From assembly GCA_964270895.1 (NCBI GenBank), contig OZ185448.1: DNA of 64,000 bases. The stretch is one strand, 5' to 3'. Of the stretch, positions 25,903-41,225 are shown one piece after another. Below the pieces are notes generated by a model. That model was given only the letters and a program-made list of their open reading frames with translations. It was not told the origin of the DNA and did not search any database. This DNA is from Podarcis filfolensis (taxonomy: Eukaryota). Position 1 is the first letter of the stretch, and each line of letters starts with the position of its first letter. The position numbers and the translations under genes were made by a program.

Positions 25903-28900
25903 CTGCTGGGCTTCTTCCTTCTCTCTAAAGAGCTGCAGCCAGTGGTCACACTTGGTCTCAGCAGCAGCCTGTGCCACTTTCCTTTTTTTAAAAAAAGAGA
26001 GCTTTTCAGGTAGACAAATAAACTTTTCTTCAAAAAATGTTTTTCAAAAGAGCAAGGATGTCTCTCTGGTAGATGGTCAGTGGCACTCTCTTCTCATATA
26101 ACTTTAAAGCCCGAGAGAACGCACGAGGATGGCCTTTTCGTTCAGTGGGTCTGCCCTGTTTTGGGGACTGTCGTGACCTGTGCCTGGCAGTTTCTCTCAA
26201 AGATAAAGAGCCATCTTGTGCCTTCTTCTAAAAAAGAGACCTGAATGCTGTTGTTTTCTTCTTCTCTTCTAGTTCTGTGCTTTCCCACACTGAAGCATCG
26301 AATCTAGGCTTTCTCTGCAGGTGAATTCCTTTTTTAAAGCATGCCTTTAGGTGGGAAGCAGGCGGAGGAGCTTGCAGCGGCCACAGGGTAGCAGCAAAAA
26401 GTCAGGATGGAAGTGCACAATTCAGGGTGGGGGGAGCTGCTAGAGCAGCCAAAGAGCTGAAACCATTCAACTTTTTCATTAAAGTGGCCTGTGAACTCCT
26501 GGCTTCTCCGTATCTCTGGGGAAAGAGCTGGGAGCCCTTAGCCCATGGATCACTGCCTATTCCCCATAGTCCAGCAGTGAAAACGTCCTAGCCTGTGGCT
26601 TTCTTTGGCTACTGCCTTTTGAGGCTGTTGGGGAGGCAAGATTATAGCTCCAAGGCACTTCCGTGGGAGCCAACCCTCCCTCCCTTTCTTTCCTGGCGTG
26701 TCTCCAACCAGACAAATGGCACCTGCTTAATGTAGCCACCCAGTGGAGCTGAGAAGTGATCTGCCCCGGGGCGTCTGTGCTGGATGTTCCGTTTGCCAAG
26801 TCCTTGCCTTGTTTCTGGCTCTTCCTGGCTTTTTCCGCATCTCAGCTGCATTTCCCAACGTGGCTAATTCTCTTCCGAAGTGAGGAAAACAGCAGCTGCC
26901 TGCCTGCCTGCTCCCAAATGCCTGCGGCTTCCTTTCCTTTCTAAAGCCCTATTGCCTCCCCTCTGCCTCTTTGTGCAACTGAGCAGGTTGGCGGTGGGGG
27001 ACAGAATTGGTGAAAGTGGCTTCCTCCAGACAAGGTGAGGTCACAAAGGACTCTTTCCCTAGATTGTAGGCAACCTTCTGTACTATCGCTACATGAACCC
27101 GGCCATTGTGGCTCCAGATGCCTTTGACATCATTGATCTGTCAGCTGGAGGACAGCTGACGACAGACCAACGGCGAAACCTCGGCTCCATTGCAAAAATG
27201 TTGCAGCATGCAGCATCCAACAAGATGTTCCTGGGGGACAATGCGCACCTAGGCATCATCAACGAGTACCTTTCTCAGTCCTACCAGAAATTCAGGTAAA
27301 GTAGAGTGACAATGACTTTCAGCAAGGAATGATGGGGCCAATGACAGTGAATTATTCAGAAGAGATAGGAAGGAGGAGATCTGTTTCTCTGGTGGAGAGG
27401 GACACATTTCCTTGTAAAGTCCCCCTTGTAAAGTGCCTCCTTCTGACATGGCACAGACATGGCTGACTGGCGTAAATTCACAGTCCAACCTTGCTTGGGA
27501 ATTTCTCCTGAAATACACCCTTGTATATAGGTAGCCACAACACCAGATTCCCCAAAAGTTCTGTCACCTGGGGAAGTAAGGTTCCTTTCTGAGAATTGGG
27601 CACGCAGAAATATTTTTAGCAGGGGAGACTCACTTGAGAACAAGTTTAGTTTTATCTTTTCTTTCACCAAATAGGGTGGGTGAGTGTGCTTCGTGGTCAA
27701 ACTTAAAAGCCAAGGTTGTTGTGACTCCAGTTCCCATCATCCAGTGTGTTGCATTCCAGTTTTAAAGGATGCTGCTTGGGACTGCTCACCATAGTGACTT
27801 ATGTGAAGTGTTATAATCTCCCCAGATGAGAATCTCCTGGTGGAGGACAAATATGGTGCTTGTGAAGACCTATTTGGCCAAAATGGGGCAGAAAAGCATT
27901 ACCAGCTGGGTTGGGGGTGGCAGGGGTGGGACTTTCCAGATTAGATTAACTCTCTTTTGCCTTTCTGAAGGCGTTTTTTCCAGGCTGCTTGTGAAGTCCC
28001 AGAGCTGCAAGAGAAGTTCAATGTTGATGAATATTCAGACTTGGTGACCCTCACGAAGCCAGTGATCTATATTTCCATTGGAGAAATAATAAACACACAC
28101 ACTGTAAGATTCTTTTGCATCTAGGACCGTTATGGTGTAGACTTTATTCTCTTGGTATAAATAAAAAAAGTTTTTCTGAAGAATACCAGAAACTAGACAG
28201 AAACATCACAAACATCACAAGCACAAATTATTATTATTCATCCTGTACTGTAGTGGTTCTCAACCTTCCTAATGCCACGACCCTTTAATACAGTTCCTCA
28301 TGTTGTGGTGACCCCCAACCATAAAATTGTTTTTGTTGCTACTCCATAACTCTAATTTTGCTACTGTTATGAATTGTAATGTAAATATCTGATATGCAGG
28401 ATGTATTTTCATTGTTACAAATTGAACATAATTAAAGCATAGTGATTAATCACAAAACAATATGTAATTATATATTGTGAAATATTTATTTCCAATTACA
28501 AATAAATGAAATTTTGCCTTGAAGCATGGTGTAGCATGGGTAACCTGGTCTTAGGCAACCCCTGTGAAAGGGTTGTTCAACCCTCAAAGGGGTCGCGACC
28601 CACAGGTTGAGAACCGCTGCTGTATTGTGTTTTAACTATTTCTTGTTGGGAACTGCCCAGGGTGTCTGGGGCAACCCAGTCAAATGGGAGGCATATAAAT
28701 AATAAATTGTTATAATATCATTATTATTATTATCAGCTCACTGCCTAATCTTTGTTACTCACAAACTAGCTGCTTTTGGACCATCAAGATGCCATCGCTC
28801 CTGAGCACAATGACCCTATTCATGAGCTTCTGGATGACCTGGGGGAGGTGTCCACCATTGAATCTCTGATAGGTGAGCTTTTTTTCTGATTTAGTAATGA

Positions 28901-31900
28901 GAAACATAGTTCAAGTGTATGGATTGAGTGCTAAAACACTAGCCACAAACAATCCAGAAGCAGGGCTAAGATGTCTCTCCACCAGCCTTACTCCTGCCTG
29001 CATATTGAGGCCTCTGTAGCCAAAGCTATGCAGACACAATGTCAACATTGCTGTTCCTAAGGTGATTAAATAGTGTCCTCCAGGTAAGAGACACAGCTGG
29101 CACCCAGGAACACACACATTTAAAATCGCTTACTTAAAAAATGAGTTTTCACAGGGGAAGAGACTAAATGAGCGAAGCAAACAACCACACTCTTTTCCTG
29201 TGCTCCGCTTTTCTCCAAGGAGAGGGATCTGGCAGCGTGAATGATCCAGCCAGTAAAGAGATGCTGGCCAAGACAGAAGTTTCACTCACACTGACTAACA
29301 AATTTGATGTTCCTGGGGACGAGAACGCAGAGATGGATGCCAAGACAATTCTGCTGAAGTAAGTAGGGGCCATGACAGCCCCTGAACCTTTCTCACTTTC
29401 ACATCCAAGGCACCTGGGGCTGTCCCATTTCACCAAAGCATTTGCCCAGGCTTCAAGAAAAGGCTGACTGGCTGGAGGGAGCCAAAGGCTTATCAGTGAG
29501 CTTCATGGCCTGCATCTCTCCACTCTGAATCCCCTACACAGTTCTCTAGGTAAAACACAAAAGATGGCAACATCCAGAAATAACAGAAGTATTCAGGGAA
29601 GTGAAATGACTAAAAATGTTTCTTGCTCTCAGTATGTTGGGTTCCACCATTTGATGATCATGTATCAAAGAGGAGGCAGAGGGAGCGAGAGCCCTCAAAA
29701 GGATGGCAAAGTTGTCCCAAGGTTCTGATCATCCACCACAGATTATTAGCAGCCATTTGAGGTGTACAGAAGTCCGCATCTCTTTGTACATGTTTGCTAC
29801 ATGTTGATACGTAGCAACTGCTGCAATATTCAGCAGCACACTGGACTTTTATTAAGGATTACTTGAAATTCCTGTGTCCACAAAACCTGTGTTCAGAAAC
29901 TAGGGGTGTAGTGATAGTGTTGCCATCATGCTCAGTGTGTGAACTCCCAGGAGGAAATTGATTAACAGCTTTCTGAATAAGGAATGCAAACTTTTGATGC
30001 ACTCCAGAATAATTCATACACATACTTACTAAATATCAGGGCTGCTGGGGTACATTCCTCATTCCTGATGTGTCAGTTCAGACTTCTTGTTTTCTTTGCC
30101 CAGTTCTCCTTGGAAAGATCCCTTTCTCAAGGGACTCTTTATCCAGGCAGACTGCTGGAGAGCTTAGAATCTTATGAACAGACTTCTGAGGCCCGTGGTG
30201 AAGACAGCAGGCAGGACTTGCAGCTAGTGGCAGGGCTAACCCACTTGTAATTCTCCTTAATGCTGAGGAACCCTAGATTAGGCAACTTGCTTCCCTTAGC
30301 CAATCATAAGGAACCAGTGGGACTGTACTGGAGAAGGCACTCCTTCAAGTCACCTGGTCCCAAGCTGTTTCAGAGGTTTTGGACATCATAACCAGAACCT
30401 TAAACCCAGCCCAGGGGCTAATTGGCAGCCAGTGCAACTCCTTCAGGAGACATGAAATAAGCATTCCATGTGGCACCCCAGTGAGTGGTGTGGGCCTCCT
30501 TTTGCAGTAGCTACAACCCCTGCACAAGCCTTGCATAGAGTGCATTACAGTAACCCAGCCTTCAGGTTCACAGTTCATAAATCACAGTGGCAAGGCTATG
30601 TGTAAGAACATCTGCAGCTTTCTGTGCTACTGAGATGTGAGTTGTCAAGGGTGGGTGTTTCTGTGATTTCCTTCCTCTTTTGAGTATCTCCCTGATGGTG
30701 CATATTTGGCAGAAGAGACAACAGGCACTTGCTCAGTGATGGCACGTTGATTCTTCCTTTCCTTTTGCTTTTCAGCACAAAGCGCTTAATTGTGGATGTG
30801 ATCCGCTTCCAGCCAGGAGAGACACTGACTGAGATCCTGGAAACTCCAGCCAGTGCTGAACAGGTAATGGGGAGGAGGTGTAGTCATGTTGGAGCAGACG
30901 CCAAAGTCTTCCTGTCTCCAAGAGTGTGTCGCAGGCCAGGGGGAACGGCAGTCTGTGACTGACTGTCCAAAGAAGAGAAGGGCTCAAGCAAGTGGCCTCT
31001 GGTTGTGTATGTTGGGGTGGCGGGACAGGAATGTGTGTACCAGGACAGACCAGTTGCAACAGCCTTTCTGACACCCCAATCCCCACCCAGGAAGCCGAAC
31101 ACCAGAGAGCCATGCAGAGGCGAGCCATTCGGGATGCCAAAACTCCTGACAAGATGAAGAAATCCAAAGCGGTCAAGGAGGACAGCAACCTGAGCCTTCA
31201 AGAAAAGAAGGAAAAGATAAAATCGGCCCTGAAGAAGCTGACTGAACTGGGGACAGTGAACCCCAAGAACAGATACCAGGATCTGATCAATGATGTGGCC
31301 AAGGTAGGCAGCATCCAGGGAAACTGAGCTAACAGCCAGTGGGCTTGTGCTGGCAGGTGCATATAAAGGCAACTGGGGATGGGGGTGGCTACTCAATGCA
31401 CATGTGCACACACACTTGGAATGTCTTGGGTGGGGATGAGTTAGAAGGTAAGCCTGTTTCCCCCCTCTCCCCTCCAAACTCTAGGACATTCGAAATCAGC
31501 GGCGCTATCGCCAAAGGAGAAAAGCAGAGCTGGTGAAGTTGCAGCAGACCCACAACGCCCTCACCTCCAAGGCGACTTTTTACGAGGAGCAGGTGGATTA
31601 CTACAAGAGCTATATCAAAACGTGCCTGGATAACTTGGCCAGCAAGGGCAAGTGAGTGGCAGCCCCCGGAGGCGTGGGGTTGTGTGGGTGTACCCTGGGT
31701 CATTGGGAAACCTCCTGACATGAAAACAAAAAATGGAGAGGGGGAATTGCCAGGTGATGAGAGAAGAAAAATGGTGACTTGACAAAGAGCATAAGAGCAA
31801 GGGGGGTTAGCTCTCAAAGAGCTGCTTGCAGGAAGAGCAGGAGTCAGGGGGAGTTATTTCCACCCCCAGGTGTATTGGTGGCCCTTGGGGAGGGAGAGGC

Positions 31901-34779
31901 AAAAACTCAGTGCCTTGGGTCAAGTCTTTGTCAGCCTCAATGCTTGTCAAGTCAGAACTCAAATCCTACAAATGGGAGAATGCCTCTCAGTGAGGTGCCC
32001 GTCCCTCTTTTCCTCAGGGTTTCCAAAAAACCACGGGAGATGAAGGGAAAGAAGAGCAAAAAGATCTCCCTGAAATACACGGCAGCCCGGCTCCATGAAA
32101 AGGGAGTCCTGTTGGAAATTGAAGATCTGCAAGCCAGTCAGTGAGTATGTCATTTATCACAGCAGCATGCACAGAGGCAAGTCTCACCCAGTCAGCAGCA
32201 TTCTGGGATAAAATTGGAAATGAACATTTTCATGGATTAGGGTGTTTGTATGTAAATATTTGCTAGGAGTGTGCATCCAAGTAGGGCTCCTAGGAAGGGC
32301 TTTCGGCATGTCAGAGGCAAAGTGGGAGCTGTAGAAGACCTCTGAAGCACTTCATGGTGCTTCTGTGGACTAGACATCAAAAACAGTGCTTGCTTGCAAG
32401 TGTCTTATAAAACTGAAAGTAATCTCTAAGCTCACCCAGACATGGCAATGCCAGAATGGAATGATGGGGTAAGGGAGAAGAAGGAAATAGTCCAGAGGTC
32501 TGCAACCTTTAAGACAAAAAGAGCCACTTGGACTGAAGAAAAAAAAACTGGGAGCCGCAAAACTATTGCGACATTTAAAACAGTGGGGAGTGTCGGGGCA
32601 CACAATGCGCCTCCTCCCCTCGCTAGTATCCGCCCCGGAGCTGCGGCAAAGGTGTAAAAGAGCCACATGCGGCTCCGGAGCCGCGGGTTGCTGACCCCTG
32701 AAATAGTCCGTTGTGACTGACAGGTCAAGTAAGGGACTCATTTTACCTAGAAATACAATTGCTTTCAGTTCTTCCAATCTGAAATCCACACTGAAGCTCT
32801 CTAGTGCAAGTACTTAATTCCTATCCAATAATCCTTTATTCTTCACTTCAACTCCTAATGGCACATTAAAACAATAAGCAAATTTTTTTTTGTCCCCAAA
32901 CTGTATAGATTCAAAAATGTGATATTTGAAATTAGCCCAACGGAAGAAGTCGGAGACTTTGAGGTAAAAGCAAAGTTCATGGGTGTACAGATGGAGACGT
33001 TCATTCTACATTATCAGGTATGGATCTTGATGTTATCTGTACAGTCCACCCTTATACTGAGTTTGCATCGGGGGATTTCGTTCAGGATCTCCAAACTGTG
33101 ATGGGGAAGCAGAGGACAATATTAGATACTGAACAAAAAATCATGATGACCTATTCTCCTGGACTGGATTCCAGGTTTATCTAAATTAGATTAAGGAGCA
33201 CACTTCTTCAAAGGAAGCAGAAAGTGAAAGCTGGGGAACTAATTGAAAAAATGTTGGCCCATCTTCTCCAGAATGAGTCATGCAGGGAATGGCTCTGCTT
33301 GTGTGTTTAGACTCTGAGGGGAGGGATCCAGTGGGCCCTAGGTGACGCTTGAGTTGGATTGTATAATAATAATAATATCCAGCTGCAGACCTTAATGAAA
33401 AGTGTATTTAAATGTGCTAGCAGTTTTACATAAATAGATGGATTTTAAAAATGACTCTCCACTCCTCTCCCCCCCCCCGGGTTGGTGGTGGTGGGGAGGT
33501 TTATTGCCTGTTTGCACCAGATGATGCAGCAAAATGCCTTTTCACACACCCACCCACACACCCCAGTGCAGGTGGACATTGCAAAACAGTTTGGGAATAG
33601 GCTTCTGTTTGATCAGGAGACGGTGTCTTCCAGACTTGTTCCTGGAGGGCACAGAAGCCTCCTTGCCATCCTCCATGCCTGCCATGCCCAATGCCAGAGC
33701 GGTAGCGTTTATTTGTTTTTTTAAAAAATAGTTCATTCCTCCTCTTTTCCCTCTTGGCCTAATTAGTGAGCAAGGAGATCTCCAGCAGTGATTCTAAGGA
33801 ATAGTCCTATTATCAATTGTTGATCCTAGATTGGAGTAAGAGTTTAGTTGTTATATTCATCTTTTTTGCCTAATTTGGTTCTTAGAACTTTTTTAATGTG
33901 CTGAACTAATCTTAGGGAAGCATATGGGGGAGCAAAGTGGACAGTGCAAATGCATATAACTTGCATAGGAAAAATAACTCCTAAAGCTTAATCTATTCAC
34001 TGCCAACTTATTCTCCATTTAGCCTGCTGTCAGAAAGTATGCAAGCATCAAGCAGTTGGGGTATAATTGCTGGGGCATAACATGGCTTGCTGTTCCCTTT
34101 CCATCTGCTGCCAAACACAACATTCACAGTCCTTCATGTGTGCTCCATCCTCATTTCTTGGAAATGAGTTGAAGAGTTGGTGCAGAGGCATTTCCAGAAT
34201 AATTTATTTCAGTAAAATGGCATGTGCACATTCTTACATGGGAAAATCACATTTCCCCCCCCCCCTTATTTGGCAGCATTAAAGAAAAACGTGCACTTAA
34301 ATTACTGAAAACAAAATTAGAATGTCCAACAGGGATGGCATCCATGCTTTCACCAGTGAGGAAATCAGTTTTGGAGAAGTATCAATGCATGGAATAAGGT
34401 TCCTTCCCACCCTATGCAAAACAGAGAACCCTTCACTATAGCAGCTTGATATCTTCCCCTTCCGCTAAGCATCACAAAAAGATGATGGCATGTGCTACTT
34501 GAGAAATGACTGCTAGGTATGATTTTTCCCATCTCCGAGGTCCAAACTGGGCAAGATGTATGAACGCTATAGGCCAAGCCTCTGTACGCTGACCAGGTGT
34601 GTCCTAGGAGCCACAGCTAAGAATTTATTCTCTCTCTCTCCCCTCCCCTCCTCTGGCTCCCACAGGATCTGTTGCAGCTCCAGTATGAAGGTGTGGCTGT
34701 CATGAAGTTGTTTGACCGAGCAAAAGTGAATGTCAATCTCCTCATTTTTCTCCTAAACAAGAAGTTCTATGGGAAGTAA
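6408..34779 (+). CDS. IQGAP1: Ras GTPase-activating-like protein IQGAP1, coding exons 3-38 (5'-partial; CH domain, IR repeats, WW, 4 IQ motifs, GRD, RGCT)
   Basis: Exons, all GT-AG and phase-consistent: 6408-6564, 7127-7204, 7530-7606, 8442-8509, 8890-9003, 9353-9531, 10699-10789, 11234-11397, 11829-11913, 12728-12891, 13670-13830, 14366-14490, 15661-15824, 16643-16733, 17470-17637, 17886-18031, 19403-19573, 20377-20460, 21454-21525, 21723-21792, 22322-22530, 23183-23338, 23443-23606, 24353-24577, 25353-25493, 25598-25682, 27063-27295, 27971-28103, 28770-28872, 29220-29358, 30776-30863, 31091-31303, 31485-31651, 32018-32140, 32909-33017, 34666-34779 (TAA). Total 4831 nt (1 nt completing a codon + 1610 codons). 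Peptides such as WMEACLNEELPPTTELEEGLRNGVYLAK, LLYYRYMNPAIVAPDAF and NLLIFLLNKKFYGK* match human IQGAP1 as recalled. Confidence 0.96.
12146..12200. repeat. (TTTC)n microsatellite
   Basis: About 13 units, directly visible. Confidence 0.95.
17035..17372 (-). mobile_element. L2 LINE 3' fragment
   Basis: Minus ORF ...LSLREAKLQETRQRAFSVVAPAL*; (AAT)n tail at ~17035-17052. Confidence 0.85.
18530..18620 (-). mobile_element. Degenerate Penelope-like element terminus
   Basis: GTAGTACCTTAAACACTAA...GGCATAA resembles the end of the copy at 42127-42230. Confidence 0.45.
18772..19122 (+). mobile_element. Full-length Sauria SINE with 15-bp TSD
   Basis: tRNA-like head with B-box GGTTCGAATCCC; ACCTTT tail; perfect TSD TAGTACCCCTACACA at 18756-18770 and 19123-19137. 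Confidence 0.92.
25862..25903. repeat. (TC)n/(TCTA)n microsatellite
   Basis: Directly visible. Confidence 0.9.
28251..28619 (-). mobile_element. SPIN (Space Invader, hAT) non-autonomous MITE, URR1-like
   Basis: TIRs TAGTGGTTCTCAACCT / AGGTTGAGAACCGCTG; subterminal sequence matches the recalled SPIN/URR1 consensus (CAGCGGTTCTCAACCTGTGGGTCGCGACCCC...); 8-bp TSD CTGTACTG / CTGTATTG. Confidence 0.88.
30340..30490 (-). mobile_element. Old L2 ORF2 fragment
   Basis: Minus translation LLKELHWLPISPWAGFKVLVM matches the L2 LHWLP..R..FK motif. Confidence 0.7.
32493..32700. mobile_element. hAT (Charlie-like) MITE
   Basis: TIRs CAGAGGTCTGCAACC / GGTTGCTGACCCCTG; perfect 8-bp TSD AAATAGTC on both sides. 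Confidence 0.9.
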
Positions 34780-35560
34780 CTCTTGTTACTTGGAAGTTTG
34801 TGGAAAAGGAGCTTTGAATTTCTTTCTGTGAGCTGCTTCACCCACCAGTGGCTCCCAAAACGAGCAGCTCTCTTCCCACATTGCCAACCTCGGCTGGCTC
34901 CAGATCTTTGCACCCATCCTGACGTATGGCTGCACCGCCTCCTGCATATTGTTTCCCATGTACTCAACACCCAGAATTAAACCATTATTAGCCTGAGTGG
35001 TTTGTTTGTTGTCTTTGGGGGTGTTTAGTCCAAGTCTTGGACTTTCCCTCCTCTTCTACCCCCACAATCTATTGTAGTGTAGTTTGATATTCCTATAGCA
35101 TTATGGCGGCTACTAAGTTGACCAAACCACCAAGACAGCAGCTGGAGGCACTTCTGCTCTGGCCGTGGGCCATCTCATGTGATCAAGTAGGTGGTTCTTG
35201 GTAGGAAGGCAAGATGGGCAATTTTGAGCCTTGTCAAGGTGGATAAACAGATCTGGCCTATGGAGCAGCAGTCTCCGTGCCCAGTGTCCCGCTGAAATGA
35301 ATGAAAGCGGCGGCAGAAATCAAGTACGTTAAGTTTCTTGCCTTAGCAGCCTAGTAGAAACCATCAGAAATATATCATAAAGCAGTGGAGGGGCCTGCTG
35401 AATTAATAGGAGTAAAAAAAAGCATAGGGGGCTAGTTCTGCTTGAAGTTTTCTTCATAGTGTATGCCTGCAACACTGACTGGTCATTTGTAATGTTCCTT
35501 TGGGATAAATCCTGTATTGGGTCCCTCCGCCTATACTGTGGTCGCTGTGCACTTTTGTTA

Positions 35561-35566
35561 AATAAA
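35561..35566 (+). terminator. IQGAP1 poly(A) signal AATAAA
   Basis: First plus-strand AATAAA I found after the IQGAP1 stop at 34779 (~780 nt UTR). Confidence 0.65.
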
Positions 35567-35582
35567 ATTCTAAGGACTGGAA

Positions 35583-35588
35583 TTTATT
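35583..35588 (-). terminator. GNPTG poly(A) signal AATAAA
   Basis: Plus-strand TTTATT, first I found downstream of the GNPTG stop at 36047 (~460 nt UTR). Confidence 0.6.
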
Positions 35589-36046
35589 GGATGGATCCTC
35601 TTCTGGCCCAAGACACCACACAGTACATAAGACTGCTGCCCTCACTTGCAGCATTCTCTGTTACGAAGCAATAAGACACAAAGCTCAAAAAGGCTGCCAC
35701 AACTTCAACTTGCCTTCACTCCAAAAGAGAGTCCTGAGTTGGCAGCAGAGGCTCCTACCAGATACCGGCCTGCTGAAAAGACTGTCCTATATTTAACAGT
35801 TTCTGCTCTTCCCTGTGGGGTACAGAAGAGGGATAGGAAGCCTGTGACTTTCCATATGCTTCTTGTTCAATCCCAGCTCCCTTCAGGTCCAGTTAGCGTG
35901 GCCTATGCTGAAAGATGGAAGCTATACTCCAGCCTCATCTGAGGGGTCACAGGTTCCATAACCCAAGTACAATCACACAATGTGGATTAAATTCTAATTG
36001 CTTGAAAACCCCAAATGCTGAGCAAGTTGTCCAGGGGGATTTTTCC

Positions 36047-41064
<5,018 letters not shown>

Positions 41065-41225
41065 CCCGACCCTCGTCCCTTCCTCCTCCAGCTTCCTCCT
41101 TGCACCGCCGGCAGAGGCCGCTATCTTCGGTCTCCGGCGAGACCCGGAAGTGCCTGCAGGGGTTGCTCTTCCGGGGCGTCAGGGAGCCGCTCTATCCGCC
41201 TCTTTTCCCCTTGGTGCACGAGGAG

